Shown: positions 27,436 to 36,882 of the stretch, in pieces
Layout: each line of letters begins with the position of its first letter
How positions within the stretch are numbered: position 1 is the stretch's first letter
Source of the DNA: a virus
UHGV virus genome: UHGV-0146994
Reading direction: 5' to 3' (one strand)
Length of the DNA: 37,677 nt
Translations under genes and position numbers: made by a program
The notes under the pieces: model-generated
The model's input: only the letters and a program-made list of their open reading frames with translations
What the model was told of the DNA's origin: nothing
Databases searched by the model: none

Positions 27436-28626
27436 TTAAGCGGATGCTTTCATGACCAGTTTCGCAATCTTCTGCGCATTTTCCACCTTGGAGTCAATTT
27501 CGATCCATCCCACTACGCCGATTGCGTGCTGCGTTGCGAACTTTTCGCGCAGAATCTCAATTGACACATCTTCTGACAGTTTTACGGCCAAACCGGACAT
27601 ATCCCCGTAGTATATTGCTGTCTTTCCAGCCTCCATATCGGGCATATTGTCTGATGTATAGATATCCTTCCCAAACAGTGTATAGCCCCACCTGGCCGTT
27701 GCGTCTTTATTCAGGATATAATTTCCATCATTATCCTTCAGCTTGCGGATGTCCTTCCTAGTAGCCTTATTCATGATCCATATGGCTCCAGCCTGGTAGG
27801 CATCGGGGATCGCCTCCTGGATATCAATAAGCTCATCCGCTGTAATGGCTGCGGCCGCGGCGGCTGTGATAGTCTGTTTTACCGTGCTTAGTCCTGCCAC
27901 CTTTTCGGCCGTCCCATGCAGCAGTTCTTTCTCAATCCACTTACTGATTGCCTCTGCCATTGCGGTTACGACAAAAGACACGATGTCAAACTGACTGTTA
28001 TTGACCAGTGACTTTGACACTTTGGACAACGCGCCCGCCAAGAACCCCTTCAGCTCAATGCTTCCAAATTTCCCGGAGGTGGATTCCAGTTCCTGAAACT
28101 CTGTGGCGTAGGCCATTTGAATGGCCTGTGTATCCTCATCATAATAGGGGATGGAAAGAGTTCCACCTACGTTATACCGGGTTGCCAGCTGATAAATCGG
28201 GCAGATATCATATACCTTTTTGATGATTTTCTGCGCAATTGAATTTGGAATCACTGCGCCATTATCCCCAGCAGTCAGATTGACATCTGCGCGCTCCTGA
28301 AGCTTCTCCCCACGGATATATGCGGCAAACGCACGTTCTTCCAGTTCTTCCTGCTTCAGTTCCTCATGCTTCTTTGTGCTTGTGACATTCAGTTTCAGAT
28401 CCCTTGCACGCTCCATTTTCTCGATTGTGGAATCCAATGCTTTCACCTGCTTATCCAGGTCATCAAACTTTTTGTCCTCTTCTGTGCTGAATGCCCTTTT
28501 TTCAGTTTCTGCATTAGAAGTCAGGTCCTTCATCTGCTGCACCAACTCCGCCCGCTGCTCGATCAGGCTCTTTAAGTCCTCCGCGCGGTACTGCATGTAC
28601 TGTTTTGCAATTGTTTTCTTTCTCAT
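27436..28626 (-). CDS. HK97-fold major capsid protein
   Basis: Coiled-coil delta domain, G.VIP, WIMN..T...IRKLKD.DG.YI. Confidence 0.95.
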   Translation of the reverse strand: MRKKTIAKQYMQYRAEDLKSLIEQRAELVQQMKDLTSNAETEKRAFSTEEDKKFDDLDKQVKALDSTIEKMERARDLKLNVTSTKKHEELKQEELEERAFAAYIRGEKLQERADVNLTAGDNGAVIPNSIAQKIIKKVYDICPIYQLATRYNVGGTLSIPYYDEDTQAIQMAYATEFQELESTSGKFGSIELKGFLAGALSKVSKSLVNNSQFDIVSFVVTAMAEAISKWIEKELLHGTAEKVAGLSTVKQTITAAAAAAITADELIDIQEAIPDAYQAGAIWIMNKATRKDIRKLKDNDGNYILNKDATARWGYTLFGKDIYTSDNMPDMEAGKTAIYYGDMSGLAVKLSEDVSIEILREKFATQHAIGVVGWIEIDSKVENAQKIAKLVMKASA

Positions 28627-29225
28627 TCTGCTGTCTCCTTTTCTAATTCTTTAATTCTGTTGTGATACTTACTCATATCAACGGTTTTCTTTTCTTCCTT
28701 AACTTCTACGTAATCCGCCCGAACCTCTAACGGCTCCGGCGTCAGTACCACTTCTCCCTCTGCCCTCACCTCAACACTGGTGCCCTCATAACATGGCTGT
28801 TTCCTCTCATCTATGATAGACACTTCCACAAGGTCCATATCCTCCACAAAACGACGCTCTAATGCATCGTTGATATCCTCCTTGCTGGCATCCCGTTCCC
28901 TGAACCCAAATGACCACCCACGGAGTTTTTTCTTCCGCGCCTTGTCAATGACTTCCGAATCCGTGACCTCTGCCCTGGCATGAAGCCCGATGCTGTCCTC
29001 GTACAGTTCCAAGTTGGTACTTGTAGAACCCAGGTTCCGGGTCTTATCATGGTTTAGCAGCAGCTGTACCTCATTATGGCGAAGTGCCCGCTCAAATACC
29101 CCCGGAACAATCTGCTCCACGAAACGTTTTCCGGTCCTCCTGTCCCTCATAGGCCGCGAATCTCTGGCTACGGCATTGACGTAACCTTCAATCACCACGC
29201 TGTCCGCTCTGATTTCAATCCTCAT
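28623..29225 (-). CDS. HK97-family prohead protease
   Basis: IEGY, LLNHD, GWSFGF, EVSI..P.Y.GT. Confidence 0.92.
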   Translation of the reverse strand: MRIEIRADSVVIEGYVNAVARDSRPMRDRRTGKRFVEQIVPGVFERALRHNEVQLLLNHDKTRNLGSTSTNLELYEDSIGLHARAEVTDSEVIDKARKKKLRGWSFGFRERDASKEDINDALERRFVEDMDLVEVSIIDERKQPCYEGTSVEVRAEGEVVLTPEPLEVRADYVEVKEEKKTVDMSKYHNRIKELEKETAE

Positions 29226-30468
29226 TTATCTCTTCACCTTCTTTCTTTTCCAATCCCTCCGGTTCCTGCCCCAGCCCGCCTGTCTGGTTCATGTTCGGCA
29301 TGTAAAATTGTTTGGTTGATGGGTCATATAGCACATCCTGCAATCCCAGGCGTACAAAATCCAACCCTAACGGCGGAAGATTCTCTTTCAGACGAATTTC
29401 ATCAATCTGCATGAATCCATTCTTGCTGGCCGTCTCATAAGCACGGAATCGCTTTTCAATATCCCCCTTGGTAAGCTCCGAAGTATCTGCGGCAAAATAA
29501 AAGGCCCCCTTCTCAGATTCAAGAAGCAGGTCCCGGTTTACGGCACATTCAAATTCTTTTAGTATTGGATTCAGGCAGTATTGAACAAAATTCGTCTTAT
29601 CCTGTTCCGTAGCCCCTCCGTTTATCATGGCAGGCGGCATATTCATCAGTTTGCAGATCTCATCACTGTTGGTCTTTTTATTTTCATTCAGCTGCATCTC
29701 CACAGATGTATTGCTTGCCTCCTGGAACTCAAGCCCCTCATTCAGAATAACAACATTTTCTGTATTATTCTGATACAGGTTCCGCCATGCGTTTTTAAGG
29801 GCATCTATAGCGGTCTGTGCTAATTTCTTAGGTGATTTTATAAATCCCTTCTTATTTCCTCCTGTCTTAACCAGATTCTTCTCATATTCTATGGAATAGT
29901 AGGCAACGCTCAGAACCTCGCTATTCTCATCAATTATACTCTTCCCTGAGCGCCCATCCTCTGTATTCCGGAGCACTTTCAGGAACTCAAATGGCTTATA
30001 CTTCGTCCCCTGAATCATGATGTCGTAATCCTTATATATCGGATCTGACGTAAACATGAAAGACACCTCTGACTCTTTTACGTAATGCAGTGACTTTATC
30101 CGGTTTCCTGTCCGGTTAATGAAAGCATAACCTCCTTTTCCGGTCATATAATCCCTTATTAATGCCCGCTTAAACTGCACCCCGTCCAGGGTATCCCCTG
30201 TATCATCATTCAGGAGCCGTGTTCTTCCATCGTCCTTTACTTCCTCAAGTTTTCCATCCACTATCCTATACAATTTGATTGGTATGGTCGATATTGTCTC
30301 TGTAATCTTGTTTACACAGGCTGCAAAGGCCGGTACATTCATGGCCTGGTCCCTGGTCATACAATCGCTTGCCAGGATGGTCCTTAGCAGGGCATCCCCG
30401 CTAGTCTCTGTTTCAGTCTTTTTCGGTTCCGGCTCTGCCCTCATTCGAAACGGCCACATCTTTATCAT
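29215..30468 (-). CDS. HK97-family portal protein
   Basis: ACVNKI..TI...PI, VILNEG, DEIR..ENLPP; start approximate. Confidence 0.93.
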   Translation of the reverse strand: MIKMWPFRMRAEPEPKKTETETSGDALLRTILASDCMTRDQAMNVPAFAACVNKITETISTIPIKLYRIVDGKLEEVKDDGRTRLLNDDTGDTLDGVQFKRALIRDYMTGKGGYAFINRTGNRIKSLHYVKESEVSFMFTSDPIYKDYDIMIQGTKYKPFEFLKVLRNTEDGRSGKSIIDENSEVLSVAYYSIEYEKNLVKTGGNKKGFIKSPKKLAQTAIDALKNAWRNLYQNNTENVVILNEGLEFQEASNTSVEMQLNENKKTNSDEICKLMNMPPAMINGGATEQDKTNFVQYCLNPILKEFECAVNRDLLLESEKGAFYFAADTSELTKGDIEKRFRAYETASKNGFMQIDEIRLKENLPPLGLDFVRLGLQDVLYDPSTKQFYMPNMNQTGGLGQEPEGLEKKEGEEINED

Positions 30469-30489
30469 TCCTTTCTTTTTAGCTGCCAA

Positions 30490-32187
30490 CTAACAAATCT
30501 GCACCGTAAATCCTCCGTCCCCATACAAAAGTTCCTGCTGCAGAAGATATACTGCATTGATCAGCGCTACAACCATATCCACTTTCCCGGATGATTTTTT
30601 CTTGTTTACGTATTTATTCAGGTTGGTATCTTCGGTGCATCTGGCGTTCTGGAAGTTTATTTCCAAAAGCCTGCTGGCGTCATATGCGAAGGCCTTTTGT
30701 AAGATTCCTTCTTTTAACAGCTTAGTCGGCATGTGTAAGACGGAACTATGCTGCTTTATCTCTACACATTCCAATCCCTTTTCTTCCAGTTTCTGCACGC
30801 TTGATATCGCATTCCAGCGGTCATACCCTATCTGCTGGATCTCCACTCCGTAAACTTCTTCCAGGCTCAATATATACCGTTCAACCTCTCCATAATCAAT
30901 TACCTCATCACCGCAGGAAATACATTCTCCTGCCTGGATCAACCGTTTGTAATCCACTTTTTCTTTCGCCGTCTTGAAATCGATTTTCCCGGCCGGTAAA
31001 AATCCCACAACCCTGGCATAAATGTTCCCGTCCTCTTCGGCAACCATTGCAACAGCCGTATTGTCATCAGACTGCGAAAGATCAAGGCCTATCCATACGC
31101 GGCGTCCTTCCCACCATCCATCATCTTTCGGACGGCTGCATAACTTCACCTTCTGTACGTCCAGATATCCCTCAACGCCTAACCCTTTATATAGGATATT
31201 GCAATGCTTGCAAAGGAAATTTTCTCGTTTATTTTCGTATAAAATTGCCAGTGCGCGCTTTTTCTGCAATTCCTTCAGGATATATTCGTGGGAAACGGCT
31301 ACCGGATTGCTCTGGTATAAAACCCGGTCATCCTTCTGCCATATATCCCCCTGCTGCAGTTCGTTATCTGGTTCGTACAGCAGCGCAAATGTCCTGCGGT
31401 CATCCAGCAATCCATCTAATGTCTTTTTCGCTATGTCGATTTCATCTATCATAACGTTATTGTCATTCGGATATTGTGTACTGATAATGATTCCAAGCTT
31501 GTTAAACAGGGTAATCTGCGATGACCGCATGGCCTCAACCGGGTATTCGTCCAATGCACCTGCTTCGTCCGCCAGGAACGCATTCGCAAGCTTTCCATCC
31601 ATCCCATCATTGCTGTATGCTAACGGTGTATATTCGTTATCATTTAACAGGCAGATAATCTGGCTTCTAAGCAGTTTAAACGCCGGGTCCACTTCGTCAT
31701 ATAATGCAGGACTTACTTTTATAATCTTTCTGATAGCGTTTTTCAACTCGCTTGACAATGCTAAATCCGGCGCTACGGAAAAAAATCTTGAAAAATTCGG
31801 TTCTGTAAGCATGAGAAGTATAAATATAACTGCTGAATTAAATGTTTTAAAATTTTTTCTGGCGATTTCCAGCAGCACAGTAGTATAAAAACGGATGTCT
31901 TGTTTTTCATTCCTGCATTTCGTACACAGGGCCGCCACAATCAGAAACCACGCATAATCCTCCAGACCGTCATATGTCGGACAGTGAAGATCCGGGTGAT
32001 TCATGATTTTCAGCAGTTTACAGATTTTTGTATGGGTCTTTTCATCTACAAACGCTTCCTGATCGTCCCCATCCGCTATTATCAGCCAGTTTTCCGCCTG
32101 CTTTTTAACATATCCGGGGACCTTGCCCTCTGTTTCATCCACGCACCATTTCGCATACTGATATGCCTTTCCCTCTTTAATCTCCAC
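30490..32187 (-). CDS. terL: terminase large subunit (Terminase_1)
   Basis: IARKNFKT Walker A, ADE Walker B, GLDLS..DD, YDRWNA, KVDMVVA. Confidence 0.95.
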   Translation of the reverse strand: MEIKEGKAYQYAKWCVDETEGKVPGYVKKQAENWLIIADGDDQEAFVDEKTHTKICKLLKIMNHPDLHCPTYDGLEDYAWFLIVAALCTKCRNEKQDIRFYTTVLLEIARKNFKTFNSAVIFILLMLTEPNFSRFFSVAPDLALSSELKNAIRKIIKVSPALYDEVDPAFKLLRSQIICLLNDNEYTPLAYSNDGMDGKLANAFLADEAGALDEYPVEAMRSSQITLFNKLGIIISTQYPNDNNVMIDEIDIAKKTLDGLLDDRRTFALLYEPDNELQQGDIWQKDDRVLYQSNPVAVSHEYILKELQKKRALAILYENKRENFLCKHCNILYKGLGVEGYLDVQKVKLCSRPKDDGWWEGRRVWIGLDLSQSDDNTAVAMVAEEDGNIYARVVGFLPAGKIDFKTAKEKVDYKRLIQAGECISCGDEVIDYGEVERYILSLEEVYGVEIQQIGYDRWNAISSVQKLEEKGLECVEIKQHSSVLHMPTKLLKEGILQKAFAYDASRLLEINFQNARCTEDTNLNKYVNKKKSSGKVDMVVALINAVYLLQQELLYGDGGFTVQIC

Positions 32188-32725
32188 CGGCTAACGCCTC
32201 CAGTAACGGATTCTTTTTCTTTTCTGTTTTTTTCGGTACTGACCTGAGAGAAGAAGCGATTGTCATGATGTTTTCTTTTTCAATATCCAGCAGCATCTTC
32301 CGTTTAACCTGAACCTGCTTATCCAGCGCCAGAATATTCTTCTGCATGTTCATCTGAAGCTTGTAATACTCTCCCAACTCCCCTGTCTCTGCAAAAGATT
32401 CCCTGTCCTCTTCCAGTTCTTCGATCTGCTTATAAAACCTCTCCCGCTTTTCCTGAAACTCAATGCATTCCGCAGTAAGCAGGCAATAGCGGTTAATCGT
32501 TGCCCCATACAGATCATCGTCTTTATCAATATTTTTTAAAAGCTTCCGAATCCTCTGGAACTCTCTATGCGCCAGTTCATTTTTCCTAACTTCCTTTTGT
32601 TCTTTAATTACTTTTCCGGTCAAAAGCTGTGCTTCTGTCCGCTCCCTCTCGGCCAGCTCCCGTTTAGTCCTGTGTGATTTTCCTTCCAGCCGTATCACAT
32701 TTGCCGGCTTAGTTGGTGTCGGCAT
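32177..32725 (-). CDS. terS: terminase small subunit (P27-like)
   Basis: MPTPTKP N-terminus, overlaps terL, AAGGAGG RBS. Confidence 0.85.
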   Translation of the reverse strand: MPTPTKPANVIRLEGKSHRTKRELAERERTEAQLLTGKVIKEQKEVRKNELAHREFQRIRKLLKNIDKDDDLYGATINRYCLLTAECIEFQEKRERFYKQIEELEEDRESFAETGELGEYYKLQMNMQKNILALDKQVQVKRKMLLDIEKENIMTIASSLRSVPKKTEKKKNPLLEALAGGD

Positions 32726-32749
32726 ACGGCACACCTCCTTCCAAAAAGC

Positions 32750-32835
32750 TGATGTGGGAATAAATTATGTAAAAGGGTGGGGCGTCGGTGTCCGCCGCAC
32801 TGTATTACGCTAAAGTGCATCCCCGGGGGGATACC
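32750..32835. other. probable cos packaging region
   Basis: GC-rich stretch (CCCCGGGGGG, GGGGCGTCGGTG) between HNH and terS, the usual cos position in HK97-like phages; cut site not determined. Confidence 0.4.
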
Positions 32836-33038
32836 TGGGCCACCAGCCTTATTCCTCCATCAATAAGGACGCATTCATGCCCTGTCCGCTCCCTGATGTA
32901 TTCATGGAAGTTCTTTCTGTATGGTTCCGCCATTCTTCTGTCTGCTTCAAAGACCAGCACACTGTCTGGAACGCTTACCGTCTTAACCTCTTCACATTCA
33001 ATCTTGTTTCCCTTGTCATCTTCAATCCATATCTTCAT
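32805..33038 (-). CDS. hypothetical protein
   Basis: ATGA overlap with the HNH stop. Confidence 0.55.
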   Translation of the reverse strand: MKIWIEDDKGNKIECEEVKTVSVPDSVLVFEADRRMAEPYRKNFHEYIRERTGHECVLIDGGIRLVAQVSPRGCTLA

Positions 33039-33424
33039 CCTTCTGCCTCCTGCTCATCAATAATCCTCTTGATTTCCTCGTATGGTATTTGCCCGGCCTC
33101 TGCCATTTCATGATGTATCCCGCATACTGTCAGCAGGTTGTCATCATCCAGGCGTTTATCATAATCGGCTTCTATCGGTAAGGCATGATGAACAGATAAG
33201 TTCTCGTAATTGTACTGCCGGTCTGCGCCATACAGGTTTCGTATGCATATCTGGCACAGGTTCTTGTCACGTTCCCTTATCTTTTCCCGTTTCTCCCTCC
33301 AACGTCTTGAGCTGCGGAAACGGTCTATGTAGGTTATCTTTTTTTGATGCTGCGGCTTCTTTCCACAACTATATTTAGTATCATGTATTTTCCCGCAGTA
33401 TTGACATGATTTAAGCATATGCAC
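33035..33424 (-). CDS. HNH endonuclease (terminase-associated, gp74-like)
   Basis: RDKNLCQIC, VHH, NLLTVC..HH. Confidence 0.9.
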   Translation of the reverse strand: MHMLKSCQYCGKIHDTKYSCGKKPQHQKKITYIDRFRSSRRWREKREKIRERDKNLCQICIRNLYGADRQYNYENLSVHHALPIEADYDKRLDDDNLLTVCGIHHEMAEAGQIPYEEIKRIIDEQEAEG

Positions 33425-33532
33425 CTCTATTAAGGCCTTTCAAAAAATAAAGGCACCTGATTTCTCAGATGCCCTCTTACTTTTTCTTATGTTATCATAG
33501 TATCATACTTAACAATCGAAAAACGGCCATCT

Positions 33533-33940
33533 TTAAATTTCCCCAATTTTTTTTCCTACTTCAAAAATAAACTTTTCGCATACTCTTCTAATCTGGCGCT
33601 CCGAATAGCTGACGCACCTTGGCATCCATCTATATGGCATATTTTTGTACCTTTCTGACCAGAACCGTATCCGTATAATTTTCTTATAATCATCCTCCAG
33701 CTTTAAATAAACATCCTCCACTGCTTCTATTTCTCTTTTGATTCTTTCCATTCTGGGATCGTTAAGTGCGCATACCGTTGCTTCAAGTCTGTTAGAAGGT
33801 AAATTCCCCCTGGGCTGTCCATCATTTACCGGCGTTCCTTCTAAAAGTTCCGTTCTTCTTTCTTCATATAATTGCTTATTTTCTGGATATCTTCTGATAA
33901 CGGCCTGAATAATAGCCCAGCTGTCCCTCTTTATTTTCAT
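33533..33940 (-). CDS. ArpU/RinA-like late transcriptional activator
   Basis: Last gene before packaging; KKIIRIRFW...YSERQIRR sigma4-like HTH. Confidence 0.75.
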   Translation of the reverse strand: MKIKRDSWAIIQAVIRRYPENKQLYEERRTELLEGTPVNDGQPRGNLPSNRLEATVCALNDPRMERIKREIEAVEDVYLKLEDDYKKIIRIRFWSERYKNMPYRWMPRCVSYSERQIRRVCEKFIFEVGKKIGEI

Positions 33941-33974
33941 AACTCCTCCTTTTTATGCCTGCTGCCGCTGGCAA

Positions 33975-34997
33975 TCATGCTATACATGCCTTATGCACCT
34001 GCCGGAGCTGTCCCGACGTCTGTGCAGCATAGTATCCCTTGGTTACTGCCGTGCTTGCATGGCCTAACAGGTCCGCTATATCATCAAGGCTTGCCCCGTG
34101 CTGCCTCAGGCTGGAAGCCATTGTCTTGCGCATAAGGTGCGGATACACTCGGCGCCGCAACTCCGCCTTAGCCTTGATATCCTGCAACAAGTCCCGGAAG
34201 GCGCTCTCATGTATAGGCGTGGCAGGCTTGCGTAAGGACACAAACAGATACGGGCTGTCATCCTGCCGGCTGTCCAGATAGCGCTTGATGTGCACCCGGG
34301 CGGCATCATTAAGATATACCTCCCGGTACTCCCTGTCCTTGTGGCCGTAAATCATCAGCGACCCGGAAACAAAATCTATGTCAGCTATCTTGACATCCGG
34401 CACCTCTCCCACCCTGGCCCCGGTGCTCAGCAGGAATTCAAGCACAGCTCTCTCACGCTTGCCTTTCTGGGTATCCTGGTCGCATGCGGTACGTAGTTCT
34501 TCCACTTCCACACCCTGCAGAAAGTCAATCGGCTTCCGGGGAACCTTCTTTTTGGGAACATTTTCCACCGGATTCTGACTGATAAAATTACACCGGCGCA
34601 ACCATGTGAATACGGATGACAGGAACTGCCGCTCATTGTTGACACTCTGCGGGCTATTGGCCTTAAGCTTGCCCCGCGCAAACTCATTAAGGTAATATTC
34701 AATGTCCGTTGGAACCACATTACGCAGGTTTTTGTGGACTACATCCAGAAACATCCTCGCAGCCCGCATATACTGCTCTATGGTTTTACTGCTCAGGTCG
34801 CGCTTCTGCATGTTCAGGCGGATAGTGTCCAACATATACTGGTTATCATCCAGATCCGTTGACAGCGCAGTTTCCATACGGACCACCTCGACACTGTACA
34901 TTACGGCCAGCAGCACTTGCTCCAATGCGCGGAGCTGTTCCCTATTGATTACTTCCTGCATCTTTAATAACACGTCATTGATAAGCTGTTCTTTCAT
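33975..34997 (-). CDS. XerC/D-like tyrosine recombinase
   Basis: SAM-like N-domain (LS.KTI.QY), STGARVGE, GHKD, YPHLMRKT, LLGH, T..YY; catalytic set intact. Confidence 0.93.
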   Translation of the reverse strand: MKEQLINDVLLKMQEVINREQLRALEQVLLAVMYSVEVVRMETALSTDLDDNQYMLDTIRLNMQKRDLSSKTIEQYMRAARMFLDVVHKNLRNVVPTDIEYYLNEFARGKLKANSPQSVNNERQFLSSVFTWLRRCNFISQNPVENVPKKKVPRKPIDFLQGVEVEELRTACDQDTQKGKRERAVLEFLLSTGARVGEVPDVKIADIDFVSGSLMIYGHKDREYREVYLNDAARVHIKRYLDSRQDDSPYLFVSLRKPATPIHESAFRDLLQDIKAKAELRRRVYPHLMRKTMASSLRQHGASLDDIADLLGHASTAVTKGYYAAQTSGQLRQVHKACIA

Positions 34998-35015
34998 AGT
35001 TTGCCTCCTTCGCGC

Positions 35016-35094
35016 TTGCCTAAAGGACGCAATAATGCTATAATCCTCTTAGGCACAAAGCGGCAGCATTCATCTTGGCGGGTGGGCTGCCGCT
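35016..35094 (+). promoter_or_regulatory. antisense promoter plus hairpin in recombinase leader
   Basis: TTGCCT(35016)-17 bp-TATAAT(35039) with extended TG; stem AGCGGCAGC...GCTGCCGCT at 35059-35094. Confidence 0.5.
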
Positions 35095-35176
35095 ATCTCT
35101 TTGTTCAATTATTTTTCCAATAAATGGAATTAGTTATTGACCTCATGCGCATGAAGGTATACAATAAACATGTAAT

Positions 35177-35190
35177 CGAACATGAGTTCT
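35177..35190. promoter_or_regulatory. LexA (Cheo/SOS) box-like site
   Basis: CGAAC-ATGA-GTTCT matches the Firmicutes GAAC-N4-GTTC consensus; ~180 bp upstream of the recombinase. Confidence 0.55.
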
Positions 35191-35242
35191 GTACCATAAA
35201 GGGGATGCAACCCTGGTGCAGGACTCTTTTCTTATTCAATTG

Positions 35243-35350
35243 TTAATCTAACAACCTGTCCTCATGCCGCATCTTGATACATGCGGCCACGGCCAGTATG
35301 TACGCCGCTGCGAATATGCAGCAGCCTATAATTACAATCACATTAATCAT
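35243..35350 (-). CDS. 35-aa membrane peptide
   Basis: MINVIVIIGCCIFAAAYILAVAACIKMRHEDRLLD; AAGGAG RBS; stop inside site variant TAGATTAACAATTG. Confidence 0.55.
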   Translation of the reverse strand: MINVIVIIGCCIFAAAYILAVAACIKMRHEDRLLD

Positions 35351-35531
35351 CTCTGTGCTCCTTAATTCTTACTTCTACCGTATTCCACCTGCGTCCGCAG
35401 GTCCTACAGCTCCGGCGCCGGACTACCCTTTTAAGGCTCGGCCGATACCGGATATTAATTATTTGGCTGTCGGTACTGCCGCAGGAAGGACATTGTTCGC
35501 CTTCTGCATATTTCATAGACACCCTCTTCAT
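35343..35531 (-). CDS. NrdR-like N-terminal zinc-ribbon protein
   Basis: CPSCG..DSQI...RRRSCRTCGRRWNTVE. Confidence 0.75.
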   Translation of the reverse strand: MKRVSMKYAEGEQCPSCGSTDSQIINIRYRPSLKRVVRRRSCRTCGRRWNTVEVRIKEHRDD

Positions 35532-35788
35532 TCTTCTTTCCTCAACCGTTTTTTAAGTACCATTTGGCATCCGCATTCCGGACAATCCATTGCATCGTAT
35601 ATTTCCGGTTCGGCTGAACTTCCGCTCATTGCTGCGGAAATTCCTCCGCTCATAACCCTGTCTTTTGCAATATATTCTGATTTCGGATAAAACGCCTTTC
35701 CGCATACTTTGCAGGTTATCTTTTTAATATTATGGGTTTCTTCCGGGATGAAAGTCCCCCTTTTTCTCCACTGCCTGTCTCTTCTCAT
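35528..35788 (-). CDS. small Zn-finger-like phage protein, paralog of 287-547
   Basis: Near-identical to 287-547; preceded by site variant at 35802-35815. Confidence 0.8.
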   Translation of the reverse strand: MRRDRQWRKRGTFIPEETHNIKKITCKVCGKAFYPKSEYIAKDRVMSGGISAAMSGSSAEPEIYDAMDCPECGCQMVLKKRLRKEE

Positions 35789-35812
35789 GTCGTTCCTCCT
35801 TCAAATTGTCAG

Positions 35813-36049
35813 TTATTCTGATGCTATAAAGGAACCAATTGCTACCCCAATATAAGCAATAGTTCCTCCTGCCACGCTCGCAAATATGCATTTTAATATT
35901 GTAATAACTATTACTGTACTGGTTAACGTTCCAGTATCAAATGCCGCACAGGCATCCAGTATCGGCTTTATAAATAAAATCCATCCCCCTAAATAAACTC
36001 CTCCAGCAATACTTGCAATGATAATTACAACCCCTATTAATTTCTTCAT
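35813..36049 (-). CDS. two-TM membrane protein (accessory cassette)
   Basis: Hydrophobic ORF MKKLIG...; bounded by sites at 36069-36082 and 35802-35815. Confidence 0.7.
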   Translation of the reverse strand: MKKLIGVVIIIASIAGGVYLGGWILFIKPILDACAAFDTGTLTSTVIVITILKCIFASVAGGTIAYIGVAIGSFIASE

Positions 36050-36135
36050 TTTCCCTATCTCCTTTATATAAATCCTCATTTACCATTCAACAGTTTCCCC
36101 AGGATAATAAGTCGGCTCCTTTTCTAAATCCTCAT

Positions 36136-36882
36136 TTAATGCATTAATATTTCAGGAAATTCCTGTGTCAATGGTTCTCCCCATATGTCCGTCAAACTAG
36201 ATTTCATAAATACTGGAATATCTACTTTGCGGCACTGCTCCACAATATCTTCTATCCACTCACGCTTCGGAATGACCTTATCCTTGCGCCTTCCCGTTTC
36301 CGCGCCAATGATAACCCACTCTACTCCACGAATATGGAAATCTGCAAATGGCTTTAGCAGCGGTTCAATGCTTATAAAAGTCTGAACAGAGTGGTGTGTT
36401 GAGAAAGAAAAATCTGTTCCCACAGGCCCTGTCTGCGACCAACCAAACCACATATTAGGCGGCATATAGCAGTTAAGTAGTTTCTCATACCGCTTTGGAT
36501 TCTTCGTAAGGAATAAATAGTTGTGCTGCGGAGCTTTTCCACATGCCTCAAACACTTCATAAATCCAAGAATCTGGCACCCAATCCCCGAACAGATCAGC
36601 CATTGAGCAGACAAAAATGTTCCTTGCCTTTCGGTTCTGATATTCGTTTAAGCGATATCTATGTAATGTCGGAACGAACCCATATGGGTACGGTTCTGAC
36701 CGCTCCTCCTCTGGCGCGTAAACTTTTTCGTCAAGCACATGGATTTTCCTATCATCCCACTTGTCCCCGTGAGAAGAAAACCTGTTTGCTATCCCTCTGG
36801 CATAACAGTATTCGCAACCATGCAGACAACCGGTAACCGGATTCCATGTGCTATCACACCAATCAATTTTTGTCTTATTCAT
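36136..36882 (-). CDS. DUF5131 / phage Gp37Gp68 family (radical-SAM-like)
   Basis: TKIDWCDSTWNPVTGC..GCEYCYA, IFVCSMADLF, LTKNP, SIEPLL, WVIIGAETG. Confidence 0.92.
   Translation of the reverse strand: MNKTKIDWCDSTWNPVTGCLHGCEYCYARGIANRFSSHGDKWDDRKIHVLDEKVYAPEEERSEPYPYGFVPTLHRYRLNEYQNRKARNIFVCSMADLFGDWVPDSWIYEVFEACGKAPQHNYLFLTKNPKRYEKLLNCYMPPNMWFGWSQTGPVGTDFSFSTHHSVQTFISIEPLLKPFADFHIRGVEWVIIGAETGRRKDKVIPKREWIEDIVEQCRKVDIPVFMKSSLTDIWGEPLTQEFPEILMH

Noticed and set aside
33975..34997. Host xerC/xerD or classical integron intI with attC sites
   Set aside because: Embedded in a phage operon; no IntI-specific insertion recognised and no attC-type long hairpins at gene ends
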